Shown here: positions 54,797-63,604 of the stretch, in pieces
How the letters are laid out: every line of letters begins with the position of its first letter
Position numbering within the stretch: the stretch's first letter is position 1
Assembly (NCBI GenBank): GCA_963739145.1
Contig: CAVTZO010000015.1
Span: forward strand, 7,335 to 71,334
Reading direction: 5' to 3'
DNA: 64,000 nt
Source: an uncultured beta proteobacterium
GTDB lineage: Bacteria > Pseudomonadota > Gammaproteobacteria > Burkholderiales > Burkholderiaceae_F
Notes under the pieces: generated by a model
Told to the model about the DNA's origin: nothing
Database searches by the model: none
Seen by the model: the letters and a program-made list of their open reading frames with translations, nothing else
Translations under genes and position numbers: made by a program

Positions 54797-54836
54797 GGTG
54801 ATGGCCGGTATCGGGCAATCAGGCTTCGTCCGAGGT

Positions 54837-55204
54837 CGGCCATTATGAAAAGATCGCAGTTATGACAAGCGGTGGGCATGTCGACGCCTTCTTCTCCCCG
54901 GAAGGCGAGCTTGTCGGCCTTGATCTGCTTCACATAATTTCGCCGATGCGGGCTCTGTGGCCTGCGCAGCACGTGCGGCCCGATGACGAGGCTGACAGTC
55001 GAGGAGGAGCACGTCCGCCCACGGGAGATGCGCCGTTGGCGAGCCGACACCGCGCCTGGCTCGCGGCACCGGCGTTGCACCTGTCGCCGAGGCCGGCGCC
55101 GAACTTATGAATAGTTGCGGCACGCCGTGTGGCCTCACGTACGAGGGTGAGCAGCCGCCCGGGCGGACGAACTTTTCATAACTGCGATCTTTTCATAATG
55201 GCCG
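54837..55204. repeat. 368-bp segment bounded by perfect 29-bp inverted repeats (CGGCCATTATGAAAAGATCGCAGTTATGA)
   Basis: 54837-54865 is the exact reverse complement of 55176-55204. The match extends to 33 bp with one mismatch. Confidence 0.85.
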
Positions 55205-55358
55205 TTGTACTAACCCGCTGACGCGGGACTGAACAGCAACGATCGCGCTGCTTTGCGCGGCCCTCCTCGTCGTTGCGCTGGCAAACCCCCTTTGCGAAAG
55301 GATATGGGTGCTGTTCGCAGCAACACCTATCTGGTCCTTTCGCATCGGGAGCCTTGCC

Positions 55359-56237
55359 ATGACACCACTGCGCCAACGTATGTTGCAGGACATGCAGATC
55401 CGGAATTTGACCCGCAATACCCAGCTCGCGTACTTGCAGCAGATCTCGGGCTTCGCGAAATACTTTCAGTGTTCACCCGAAGCACTCGGACCCGCGGAGA
55501 TTCGCGCCTACCAGGTGTACCTCACCAACGAACGCAAACTGGCCCCAGGGAGTCTGTCCATCGTCGCCGCGGCACTGCGCTTCCTGTACAAAGTTACTCT
55601 CAAGCGCGACTGGGTCGACGAAGAGATCCCGCTGCCGAAGAAGCCCTTCAAACTGCCGGTGATCCTGAGTCCGGAGGAAGTATTTCACTTCCTCGAATCG
55701 ATTCGCAGCTTCAAGCACCGAACGATTCTGACCACGGCCTACGCGGCCGGCCTGCGCATTTCTGAAGTCACGCGCCTGAAGATCACCGACATCGACAGCC
55801 AGCGCATGATGCTACGCGTCGAACAGGGCAAAGGGCAGAAGGACCGCTACGTCATGCTGTCACCGCTCCTGCTCGATGTCCTGCGCGCCTACTGGAAGGC
55901 CACGCGGCCAACCACATGGCTGTTCCCTGGCGATCGCCCCAACCGGCCGATCAGTAAGAATGCCGTGGAACAAGCCTGTCAGAAAGCGCACCGAATCTGC
56001 GGCATCAAGAAACCGACCACTCCGCATGGGCTGCGGCACGCATTCGCAACACACCTGCTCGAATCGGGCACCGACGTGCGTAGGATCCAATTGCTCATGG
56101 GCCACCGCAGCCTTGCGACGACCGCACGCTACCTGAAAGTGGCGACCACCACCGTGTGCGCAACAACCAGCCCGTTCGACCTGTTGCCGCGGCCCGAGCC
56201 CGCGTCTCAGCCACCGAGTCCGCCCACTTACTTCTGA
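55359..56237 (+). CDS. Tyrosine site-specific recombinase (phage-integrase family, IntI-like core without the IntI-specific insertion)
   Basis: SAM-like N-domain. Catalytic pattern ...GLRISE...HGLRHAFATHLL...LMGHRSLATTARYL (R-H-R-Y). Confidence 0.8.
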   Translation: MTPLRQRMLQDMQIRNLTRNTQLAYLQQISGFAKYFQCSPEALGPAEIRAYQVYLTNERKLAPGSLSIVAAALRFLYKVTLKRDWVDEEIPLPKKPFKLPVILSPEEVFHFLESIRSFKHRTILTTAYAAGLRISEVTRLKITDIDSQRMMLRVEQGKGQKDRYVMLSPLLLDVLRAYWKATRPTTWLFPGDRPNRPISKNAVEQACQKAHRICGIKKPTTPHGLRHAFATHLLESGTDVRRIQLLMGHRSLATTARYLKVATTTVCATTSPFDLLPRPEPASQPPSPPTYF

Positions 56238-56249
56238 TTCTGACGGCCG

Positions 56250-57461
56250 GTGGCCGCCGCGCCGCTGGAAGTGGCGGACATCTTCCGCCGCTTCGGTGCT
56301 GCATTTCGCCAGACGCATGCCGATGCGCTCGGCCGCGGACAGCTGCGTGCCATGAGCGCGATCGAACAGTGCCGTACTGCCGCCCTCGGCGGTCACGTCG
56401 AACAGTGTGACGCCTGCGGCCATCGACGCATCACCTACAACTCGTGCCGGCATCGGGCTTGTCCCAAGTGCCAGTCGCTCGCCCGCGCGCAGTGGCTACA
56501 GGAGCGTGAAGCCGAACTGCTCGAGGTCGAGTACTTCCACGTCGTATTCACCGTCCCGGAGCCGATCGCGGCGATCGCCTTCCAGAACAGACGGCTCGTC
56601 TACGACCTGCTGTTCCACGCCAGCGCCGAAACCCTGCGCACCATCGCCGCCGATCCGCAGCACTTGGGCGCGGAGATCGGCTTCCTGTCGATCCTGCACA
56701 CCTGGGGGCAGAACCTGCTGCACCACCCCCACGTGCACTGCGTAGTACCGGGCGGCGGCATTGCTCCGGATGGCCAGCGCTGGATCGGCTGCCGCCCGGG
56801 CTTCTTCCTGCCGGTGCGGGTTCTGTCGCGCCTGTTCCGCCGTGTGTTTCTGGAACAGCTGCACGAAGCCTTCCACGCAGGCCAGTTGCGCTTGCGTGGG
56901 CAGCTCGAACCGCTACGTCAGGCCAACGCCTTCCGCGCCTACCTCGCTCCCGCCGCGCAAGCCGAGTGGGTCGTTTACGCCAAACCACCCTTCGGCGGGC
57001 CGCGCCAAGTCCTCAACTACCTCGGCCGTTATACCCACCGCGTGGCCATCTCCAACAACCGCTTGCTCACGATAGATGGCAACCGCGTCACGTTCGCGTG
57101 GAAAGACTATAAGCACGAGGCTGCGCGGCGCACCATGACCCTGGACGCCGACGAGTTCATCCGCCGCTTCTTGCTGCACGTGCTGCCCAACGGCCTGCAG
57201 CACATCCGGCACTACGGATTCCTGGCCAACCGGCATCGCCAAACCAAGCTCGTGTTGTGCCGCCAGCTCCTAGACTCACCGGCGCCAATGACTCCGGATC
57301 CCGACTCCGGCACCAAACAAGACTACCGCGACCTGTACCTCGCGCTCACCGGCAAATCCCTGCGCGACTGCCCGCTCTGCGGCAAAGGTCACATGGTCCG
57401 CATCGAAACCTTGCCGACCATTTCCTTCGTGCACGCGCGCTCACCGCCGCGAGTCACCTGA
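56250..57461 (+). CDS. IS91-family Y2/HUH transposase
   Basis: Zn-finger-like CDACGHRRITYNSCRHRACPKC, HUH region HTWGQNLLHHPHVHCVV, and the Y motif YLGRYTHRVAISN. Confidence 0.85.
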   Translation: MAAAPLEVADIFRRFGAAFRQTHADALGRGQLRAMSAIEQCRTAALGGHVEQCDACGHRRITYNSCRHRACPKCQSLARAQWLQEREAELLEVEYFHVVFTVPEPIAAIAFQNRRLVYDLLFHASAETLRTIAADPQHLGAEIGFLSILHTWGQNLLHHPHVHCVVPGGGIAPDGQRWIGCRPGFFLPVRVLSRLFRRVFLEQLHEAFHAGQLRLRGQLEPLRQANAFRAYLAPAAQAEWVVYAKPPFGGPRQVLNYLGRYTHRVAISNNRLLTIDGNRVTFAWKDYKHEAARRTMTLDADEFIRRFLLHVLPNGLQHIRHYGFLANRHRQTKLVLCRQLLDSPAPMTPDPDSGTKQDYRDLYLALTGKSLRDCPLCGKGHMVRIETLPTISFVHARSPPRVT

Positions 57462-58009
57462 TGTCGCCCGCCTCTCCGTTCAATCGCCCTTCGGCTATCA
57501 CGGCGAAGGCGTCGTACTGCGCATTTCGTCCCCACCTCGATCCGTTTTGCACCGTCAAGCCAAGACAAATTCGATCGCGCTCCAATCTGGCGATCACGCC
57601 ACCGCCCCCGCTCATCGTCCACATCCTCGCTCTACCGCTCCCAATCAGCACCGATGCCAGCCCGCTCGGATTCAATGCCCATAGCGCCACCACCGAGGCA
57701 GCGGCTTAGTACACGCGATTTTTAGCCCACCGCCGCGGCGGCGGCACCGTGCCACAGCCCCTGCATCGTGCGCCGCGACGCCGGGCTAAAAATCCTCTGC
57801 TTTATGAAAAGATTTCCATAACGGCCATCAGCGGTCCTTGAGGAATGGCTGCTCTGAGTCGAGTGATTCCTCGCCAAGAGGGACTGCTGCAAGGGTTCCG
57901 TTGCGTGGGCTGAGGACGGGCTCGAAGTCCGCGTCAGCAAATCATTTGGCGGTCGCAAGCGCGATTCCGGGGTCGGCGCTTGGGAGGCGGTCTCGCGTTT
58001 GCTGAACCA

Positions 58010-58849
58010 TCAAGCCGCCACGAAGTCCGTCGACAGCGCGAGCGCCCGCCAACTTTCCAGCTCGGCTTCCACCTCGCGGTGCTTTTCGCCAATGCGCCGC
58101 ACCGTGTCGCTGCCCAGCGGCAGGCGACGCGGCGGCTTGGGAGCGTCGACGAGTTCGAGCATGGCCCTGGCCAGGCGCTGCGGATCGCCCGGTTGCTGCC
58201 CGTTGGCGCCGGCTGCGAAGGCTCGCATGGCGCCGACGGTCTCGGCGTAGTCGCCAATGCGCGATGCGGTGCTAACCAGCGAGTTGCCGCTCAGGAACTC
58301 GGTGCGAAAGTAGCCCGGCTCGACCACCGTCGTGCGCACGCCCAATGGCTCGAGTTCGATCGCCATCGACTCGCTCAGGGCTTCGACCGCGAACTTGGTC
58401 GCGCAATAGATGCCCCAGCCCGACGACGACGCGATGCCGCCGATCGACGACAGATTGATCACATGCCCGCTGCCCTGCGCCCGCAGCCGAGGCAGTACCG
58501 CGCGAGTGACATTCAGCAGACCGAACACGTTGGTCGCGAACACGCGTTCGACCTCGACAGCCGAAGCCTCCTCTACCGCGCCGAGCAGACCGTAGCCGGC
58601 GTTGTTGACGAGCACGTCGATGCGCCCGAAGCGTTCGATCGCCCTCGCGACGGCGGTGTGGGCTTGCACCTCATGGGTGACGTCCAGCGGCAGTGCCAAC
58701 AGTTGCGGATGCGGACCCATGACGTCGGTGATCGCCGCCGCGTCGCGCGCCGTCGCGACGACAGCATCGCCGCGGGCCAGTGCCGCTCTCGCGACCAGGG
58801 CGCCGAAGCCGCGTGATGCGCCGGTGATGAACCAGACTTTCTTGTTCAT
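58010..58849 (-). CDS. Short-chain dehydrogenase/reductase
   Basis: TGASRGFG, NNAG and YCATK motifs are present. Confidence 0.8.
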   Translation of the reverse strand: MNKKVWFITGASRGFGALVARAALARGDAVVATARDAAAITDVMGPHPQLLALPLDVTHEVQAHTAVARAIERFGRIDVLVNNAGYGLLGAVEEASAVEVERVFATNVFGLLNVTRAVLPRLRAQGSGHVINLSSIGGIASSSGWGIYCATKFAVEALSESMAIELEPLGVRTTVVEPGYFRTEFLSGNSLVSTASRIGDYAETVGAMRAFAAGANGQQPGDPQRLARAMLELVDAPKPPRRLPLGSDTVRRIGEKHREVEAELESWRALALSTDFVAA

Positions 58850-58860
58850 CTCGTTCCTCC

Positions 58861-59322
58861 TCAGCTCAGGACTTGCGCCAGCTCGATCAGATTGCCGAAG
58901 GGGTCGGCCAGGAACGCGAGTCGACGGTTGATGGCCGGCAGCTCGAACGGCTCGGTGACGATCGTCACTTCGCGGCGGCGCAGCTCGGCGACCGTTGCGT
59001 CGATGTCCCTCACGTTCAGGCAGAAGTGGTGATAGCCGGCCAGGCGCAGGCTGTTGCCCAGGTCGCTATAGACCGGCTTGGGGATCGGTTTCAGATCGCC
59101 GTCGCCGAGGATCTCGACGAAGAAGGTGTCGTCGGTCGGCGGCGCAACGTACGCCAGATGCAGGTCGGCGTAGGGCCATTCGTGGATGACACGGAAGTCG
59201 AGCTTCTCGATGAACCAGCGTTTGGCGACCTCGAAGTCGGGCACGCGCATCGCGACATGGTGGCCTTTCATCGATGCGAACGGGCTCCTGGTGTTGGGGG
59301 CGGGGAGTTGGGTCAGCGACAT
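58861..59322 (-). CDS. VOC (glyoxalase/bleomycin-resistance/dioxygenase) family protein
   Basis: The ATG at 59322 is used. HHVAMRVPDFEVAKRWF...YHHFCLNV...DPFGNLIEL is the paired beta-alpha-beta-beta-beta pattern. Confidence 0.75.
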   Translation of the reverse strand: MSLTQLPAPNTRSPFASMKGHHVAMRVPDFEVAKRWFIEKLDFRVIHEWPYADLHLAYVAPPTDDTFFVEILGDGDLKPIPKPVYSDLGNSLRLAGYHHFCLNVRDIDATVAELRRREVTIVTEPFELPAINRRLAFLADPFGNLIELAQVLS

Positions 59323-59457
59323 AGCATGTCCTCGGTGAGTAGCGGTTCGACTGCATGAGTGGTGGCGGATCCCGGCAATGAAAGGTAGCCTGCGGCACTG
59401 TGGCTGTGAATCGTTACAATCGGACATTCGGAATGAACTGCCAGCTCATAATTCGCC

Positions 59458-60390
59458 ATGACTGCATCGCCAGCCACTCCCACGCGTTCCGTCCACCTGC
59501 CTGGTTTGCTCGCGTTCGACAGCGTCGCGCGCCACATGAACTTCGCGCGCGCCGCCCATGAACACGCGGTCACGCCGACGGCCATGTCCAAGACGGTCAA
59601 GGCGCTCGAGGCGCAGCTCGGCATCCGGCTGTTCAACCGCACTACCCGAAGCGTCGCGCTGACCGAGGCCGGCGCCCAGTTGCTTGCCACGCTGGCGCCG
59701 GCGCTGGCGCAGATCCGCCAATCGATCGAGGAGGTCGGCGAATCCTCGGCGCGGCCGCACGGTGCACTGCGCATCAACACCTCGTACGTGGCGTATGCGG
59801 CGCTGATCGAGCCTCACGTCAACGGGTTCCTGAAGCGCTATCCGGAGATCAGCCTCGACGTCGTGATCGACAACGCGTTGAACGACATCGTCAGCGGTGG
59901 CTTCGACGCCGGCATCCGCCTTGGGCACGCGCTGCAGCGCGACATGATCGCGCTGCCGATCGGGCCGCTGCAGCGCCTCATGGTCGTGGGTTCACCGAAA
60001 TACCTGGCGCGCCATGGCACTCCCAAGACGCCGAAGGACTTGCTCGCGCACAACTGCGTGCCCCAGCGCATCGGCGATCGCGGGCGGTTTCTCGATTGGG
60101 AGTTCGTCGCCGGCGCGAAGCTGATGCGGATCGATGTTCAGGGTCGCCTCACCGTCAGCGAAATGCGCTGCGCACTGACCGCGGCGCGCCAAAGCAACGG
60201 GCTCGCGTATGTGTTCAAGCAATTCGCCGAAGCCGAGTTGGCGAGCGGCAAGCTCATGACGGTGTTCGACCGCCATTGCCCGTCGGGCGAGTCGTTCCAC
60301 CTGTACTACCCGAATCGCGCGCAGATGCCGGGAAAGCTGCGCGCGTTCATCGAGTTCGTGCGGGCGTTGAATTGGGAGGTACCGGCGTAG
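59458..60390 (+). CDS. LysR-family transcriptional regulator
   Basis: N-terminal HTH (LLAFDSVARHMNFARAAHEHAVTPTAMSKTVKALE). The gene is divergent from the VOC/SDR pair. Confidence 0.85.
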   Translation: MTASPATPTRSVHLPGLLAFDSVARHMNFARAAHEHAVTPTAMSKTVKALEAQLGIRLFNRTTRSVALTEAGAQLLATLAPALAQIRQSIEEVGESSARPHGALRINTSYVAYAALIEPHVNGFLKRYPEISLDVVIDNALNDIVSGGFDAGIRLGHALQRDMIALPIGPLQRLMVVGSPKYLARHGTPKTPKDLLAHNCVPQRIGDRGRFLDWEFVAGAKLMRIDVQGRLTVSEMRCALTAARQSNGLAYVFKQFAEAELASGKLMTVFDRHCPSGESFHLYYPNRAQMPGKLRAFIEFVRALNWEVPA

Positions 60391-60872
60391 TGCCGCCTAA
60401 AGCTGCGAGCATCGAGCGTCCGGCCGCTTTCAGCGCTTGGAACAGCGGAGGGCCACCGGCTGCAACGGGTCGATCACGGCTGTTCGCGTGGCGTAGCTGC
60501 ACGCTCGAAAGCGGTCAGCGGATCGTGTGCGCCAGCCGGTCTGCCGTGCGCTGCGCCAACTGCGCGCCAACGCGATTGATGGCCAAGTTCTTCAAGGTCA
60601 GCGTGCCCTTGAACCGGTCGTTCATGCTGGATCCCCGGGGTCGATTCCTGGGTGTTCTTCCAAAACCCGCACCCATGCTCACTTTCCGGCACCCATGCGC
60701 ACCGTTCCGCCGCACAATCCCCCGCCTGTTCCCCAAGGTCATCGTTCGCCACCCCCACCGCGCTCAACCGGGACCACATCGACCACTACTTCAGCAGGCG
60801 GCGCCCGCAGCCGCGCCGGCCCGGCAGCCAGGGCGGCTTCGAGGCGCTTCTGATCCATGCTGGCAGCCACCT

Positions 60873-61227
60873 TCAGCGGATGCCAGCCGGATCCATCAGG
60901 CTCAGCCGCTTTGGCGCATCGGCGCCTTAATAGCGCACGCCTGGACTCCGCGACCGCCAGTAACAACCGAATCGCTTCGAGCACCGGCTTCGAGTTGTGC
61001 AACGGCATCCGCAGCGGTTCGTTGGTGCGCGGATCGATAACCACGTTGCCCTGGCCATCGCGCACAATGTCGTGAACTACGACGCCGGCCTGGACCAGCG
61101 GATCGGCCGCATTCAGGACGCCCAGCAGCTTGGCTCGCAGTGATTCCAACTCGGCAAGTTCCTGTTCGCGCAGCGCGTCGGCCGGCGTCTGCACGGTGCG
61201 GTGCAGGCGATCAGCTCGCCCGCCCAA
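60873..61227 (-). pseudogene. Phage/integrative-element-related hypothetical gene, apparently frame-broken near 60930
   Basis: ...ELAELESLRAKLLGVLNAADP...PVLEAIRLLLAVAESRRALL continues plausibly as GADAPKRLSLMDPAGIR* only if one A of TTAAGG is skipped. Family not identified. Confidence 0.3.
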
Positions 61228-61239
61228 TCGAGGGCGTTT

Positions 61240-61593
61240 TCACGTGGCAGTCGCCTCGGCTTCTGCGGCCTGTGCGGTGACGGGTGCGGCAGGCGCGATC
61301 CAAGTGGCGGCGGTATCACGCTCACGCCGCGCGGCGGCGGCCTTCTGTTTCCCGCGGGTCAGCCGTTCAGGGTAGGCGATCGCTTTGCTTTCCATCGCGA
61401 GGATCGCTGCGAATTCTTCCAGACGCTCAGCCCGGAACCGAACGCACCGCGCTCCGATAACGACGGTGGCGTCAGGCGGAAACTTCGGATGCTTGCGCAG
61501 GTTGTGGGCCTGCGTCTCGGAAATCTGCCACTTCCGTGCCCAGTCGACGACACTCCACATCGCGCCCCAGGCATCTGATGCTCGCTGATTCAT
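61240..61593 (-). CDS. AlpA/excisionase-like helix-turn-helix protein
   Basis: MWSVVDWARKWQISETQAHNLRKHPKFPPDATVVIGARCVRFRAERLEEF resembles MerR-superfamily excisionase/AlpA HTH proteins. Confidence 0.45.
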   Translation of the reverse strand: MNQRASDAWGAMWSVVDWARKWQISETQAHNLRKHPKFPPDATVVIGARCVRFRAERLEEFAAILAMESKAIAYPERLTRGKQKAAAARRERDTAATWIAPAAPVTAQAAEAEATAT

Positions 61594-62786
61594 GCGCACT
61601 CCATCGGGTCCAACAAACCCGACCGGAGCCTACTTGCGATCGTTGAAGCGAATTGCAAGAGTTTTAGCGCGAGGTCGGCGATCACTATGGCGAGCAACAG
61701 CGCGAAGGCGCGCTTGAGCCACAGCGCCGGCCAGCGGTGCGGGGGCGTCGCTCCCAAGGGCGCCGCGGCCACCGCCGCGAGCGAGGTGACCAGCACGGCG
61801 GGCAGGTACACATAGCCCAGGCACGCGGACCCGCAGGCCTGCGAATAGTCCGCTGCCATGTAGCCGGCAGCGCCGGTAGCAGCCAGCGGCAAGCCGAGAG
61901 CGGCAGTAGTACCGATCGCGCGGCGCACCGGAATGCAGCCGGCCAGCAGCGGCACGCTCAAAAGGCCGCCACCCATGCCCACCAGGGCGCAAAGCAGGCC
62001 GATGCCCGCGCCGGCCAACGAAAGCAGTGCCGCGCCTGGCAGAGGCAGGGCACTTTCAGGTGCGCTCGGTGAGCCTAGTGCCGCGAGCATGCGAGCGATC
62101 GCGACGAGGGCGAATGCGAGAAAGATCCCGAGCAGGGCGTTGCCGCTGACGAAGGCGGCCAGACAAGTGCCGGCGAGCGAGCCAGCAAGCACGCCGGGCG
62201 CCAGGCGGGCCAGCACCCGCCAGTCCACGGCGCGGCGTAGCGCCCGCGCCCGAGCGCTCGAGATCGAGGTCGGAAGAACGATCGCCATAGAGCTGGCGAC
62301 CGCCACTTGCGTCAAGTCAGGGCCCTGGAGCGCGTAGCGGCGCGAGCGCTCGATGTATTCGAGGGCGTTGCGTTCGATGTACTCGATGTCGGCGCTGCTC
62401 AATTGCCGCACGACTCTTGCCGGCGCTCCTTGGAGCAGCAGCACACCGGGCGGGAATATCTTGTGCATGGGGATGACCGAGCCCGTGGCGACGATCGTGT
62501 CCTCGCCGAGCTCCATCCCGTCCATCATGACGGCCTGCATGTCGATGAGGACCCGATCGGCAATCGTACAGTCGTGGATGATCGACTGCTGCCCGACCGA
62601 GGCGAAGGCCCCCAGAGCGACGCTGCCCCCAGGGGGGGTATGCAGAATGGCGCAGTCCTGGACGTTGGAGCCGTTGCCGATGCGGATGGGGCCGTTATCG
62701 CCGCGCATGACGGCCCCGAACCACACGCTGGATTCAGGGCCCATCGTCACCTGGCCGATGATGCGGGCGCCGTCGGCCAAAAACAC
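61590..62786 (-). CDS. Chimeric ORF: gamma-carbonic-anhydrase-like LbH domain fused to a 5'-truncated TauE/SafE (DUF81) permease
   Basis: aa 1-~152 contain SSVWFGAVMRGDNGPIRIGNGSNVQD...HDCTIADRVLI... (hexapeptide repeat). From ~aa 158 the sequence is VAVASSMAIVLPTSISSARA...GMGGGLLSVPLL..., which is TauE-like but lacks the first ~40 residues. Confidence 0.55.
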   Translation of the reverse strand: MFLADGARIIGQVTMGPESSVWFGAVMRGDNGPIRIGNGSNVQDCAILHTPPGGSVALGAFASVGQQSIIHDCTIADRVLIDMQAVMMDGMELGEDTIVATGSVIPMHKIFPPGVLLLQGAPARVVRQLSSADIEYIERNALEYIERSRRYALQGPDLTQVAVASSMAIVLPTSISSARARALRRAVDWRVLARLAPGVLAGSLAGTCLAAFVSGNALLGIFLAFALVAIARMLAALGSPSAPESALPLPGAALLSLAGAGIGLLCALVGMGGGLLSVPLLAGCIPVRRAIGTTAALGLPLAATGAAGYMAADYSQACGSACLGYVYLPAVLVTSLAAVAAAPLGATPPHRWPALWLKRAFALLLAIVIADLALKLLQFASTIASRLRSGLLDPMECA

Positions 62787-63346
62787 GGTCTCGGCGAGTT
62801 CCGGGTAAAGCGAGCCGAGCCGGTAGACAACACACCGGGCGTCGTTCGCTTCAGAAGGTCGAGAGTTTCCGGCCCGCGGTGCTTTGACCCCGCACCGCGT
62901 TGTCGCATGGCTAGAAACCGTCTGAGCGCCGAGCTGCGTTGGTACACGGCTTCGTGAATGACATCGGCGGTGTTGCGAAAGTTCAAGCGGGCGCTTCGAA
63001 GGTCCTGGTCCACGATGTCATTCACCTCTCACAAACCCGCAGCGTTGTCCTTGATCTGACCGTGTCAGTGGTCGGAACGAGCGCTGTGCCTCAAGCTCAT
63101 CGCACAGCCCCAGATACGCAAACCATGCAGTGCTACGGGTATCGGTGGCGTGCCGTCCCTCGGAAATCGAGACCTCCCAGACGGCGCGAGTATCTGATGG
63201 CCGCTTCCGCGTGGACAGCGTCCCTTTCGGACCGTTCGGTGCGGAAAATTCGCAACTCGTCAGTATTCCGTTGCCATTTCAGGGTCACCGCAGGTCCGCC
63301 TCGCGAACACTCAAGTACGCCCGACGGGGTGCCGCTCACTGCGCAT

Positions 63347-63541
63347 CTGATGACTGACTGATGAATCGCTGATGTTGAGCTGCGCGCAAGCTGATTGACT
63401 GGTGTTGCTCTGATGTTGCCCTGATATTCCTCTGATGTTCTGATGTGACTCTGATGTTCGTCTGATACTCAGCTGACAACTCGCTGATGTGCCTCGTCTG
63501 TGCTGATCTTTCACTGATGTTCTGCTGATGTTGATCTGATA
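63347..63541 (+). repeat. Array of 16 CTGA(T/C) units (mostly CTGATG) in four blocks of exact 11-bp register
   Basis: Unit starts: 63347, 63358, 63369, 63391 | 63410, 63421, 63432 | 63440, 63451, 63462, 63473, 63484 | 63503, 63514, 63525, 63536. Confidence 0.85.
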
Positions 63542-63604
63542 AAGAAGCGAATTGCGCGAAGGCAGGATAGGCTGCGCCGCCGTAGATGTGCGACACTTTT
63601 CTGC

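Larger units (their letters stand above)
55176..57826 (+). mobile_element. IS91-family unit carrying a tyrosine recombinase and a Y2/HUH transposase; boundaries approximate
   Basis: The two genes are tightly linked. The 12-bp core ATCTTTTCATAA (55187-55198) recurs inverted as TTATGAAAAGAT at 57802-57813. Hairpins lie near both ends (55214-55227; 57719-57792). Confidence 0.5.

Noticed and set aside
54862-55110. 82-aa ORF inside the 29-bp-IR-bounded segment, with faint resemblance to DUF2283 (VDAFFSPEGELVGLDLL)
   Set aside because: Only about 20 residues are suggestive. The rest is Arg/Pro/Ala-rich. There is no RBS, so the call cannot be supported.
62747-63025. 92-aa minus-strand ORF (MNDIVDQDLRSARLNFRNTADVIHEAVYQ...) upstream of the LbH domain, considered as a regulator stump or as the missing N-terminus of the chimeric gene
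   Set aside because: No family motif is recognisable. Gamma-CA-like proteins do not carry such an N-terminal extension. The second half overlaps the LbH frame out of phase. The origin is left open.
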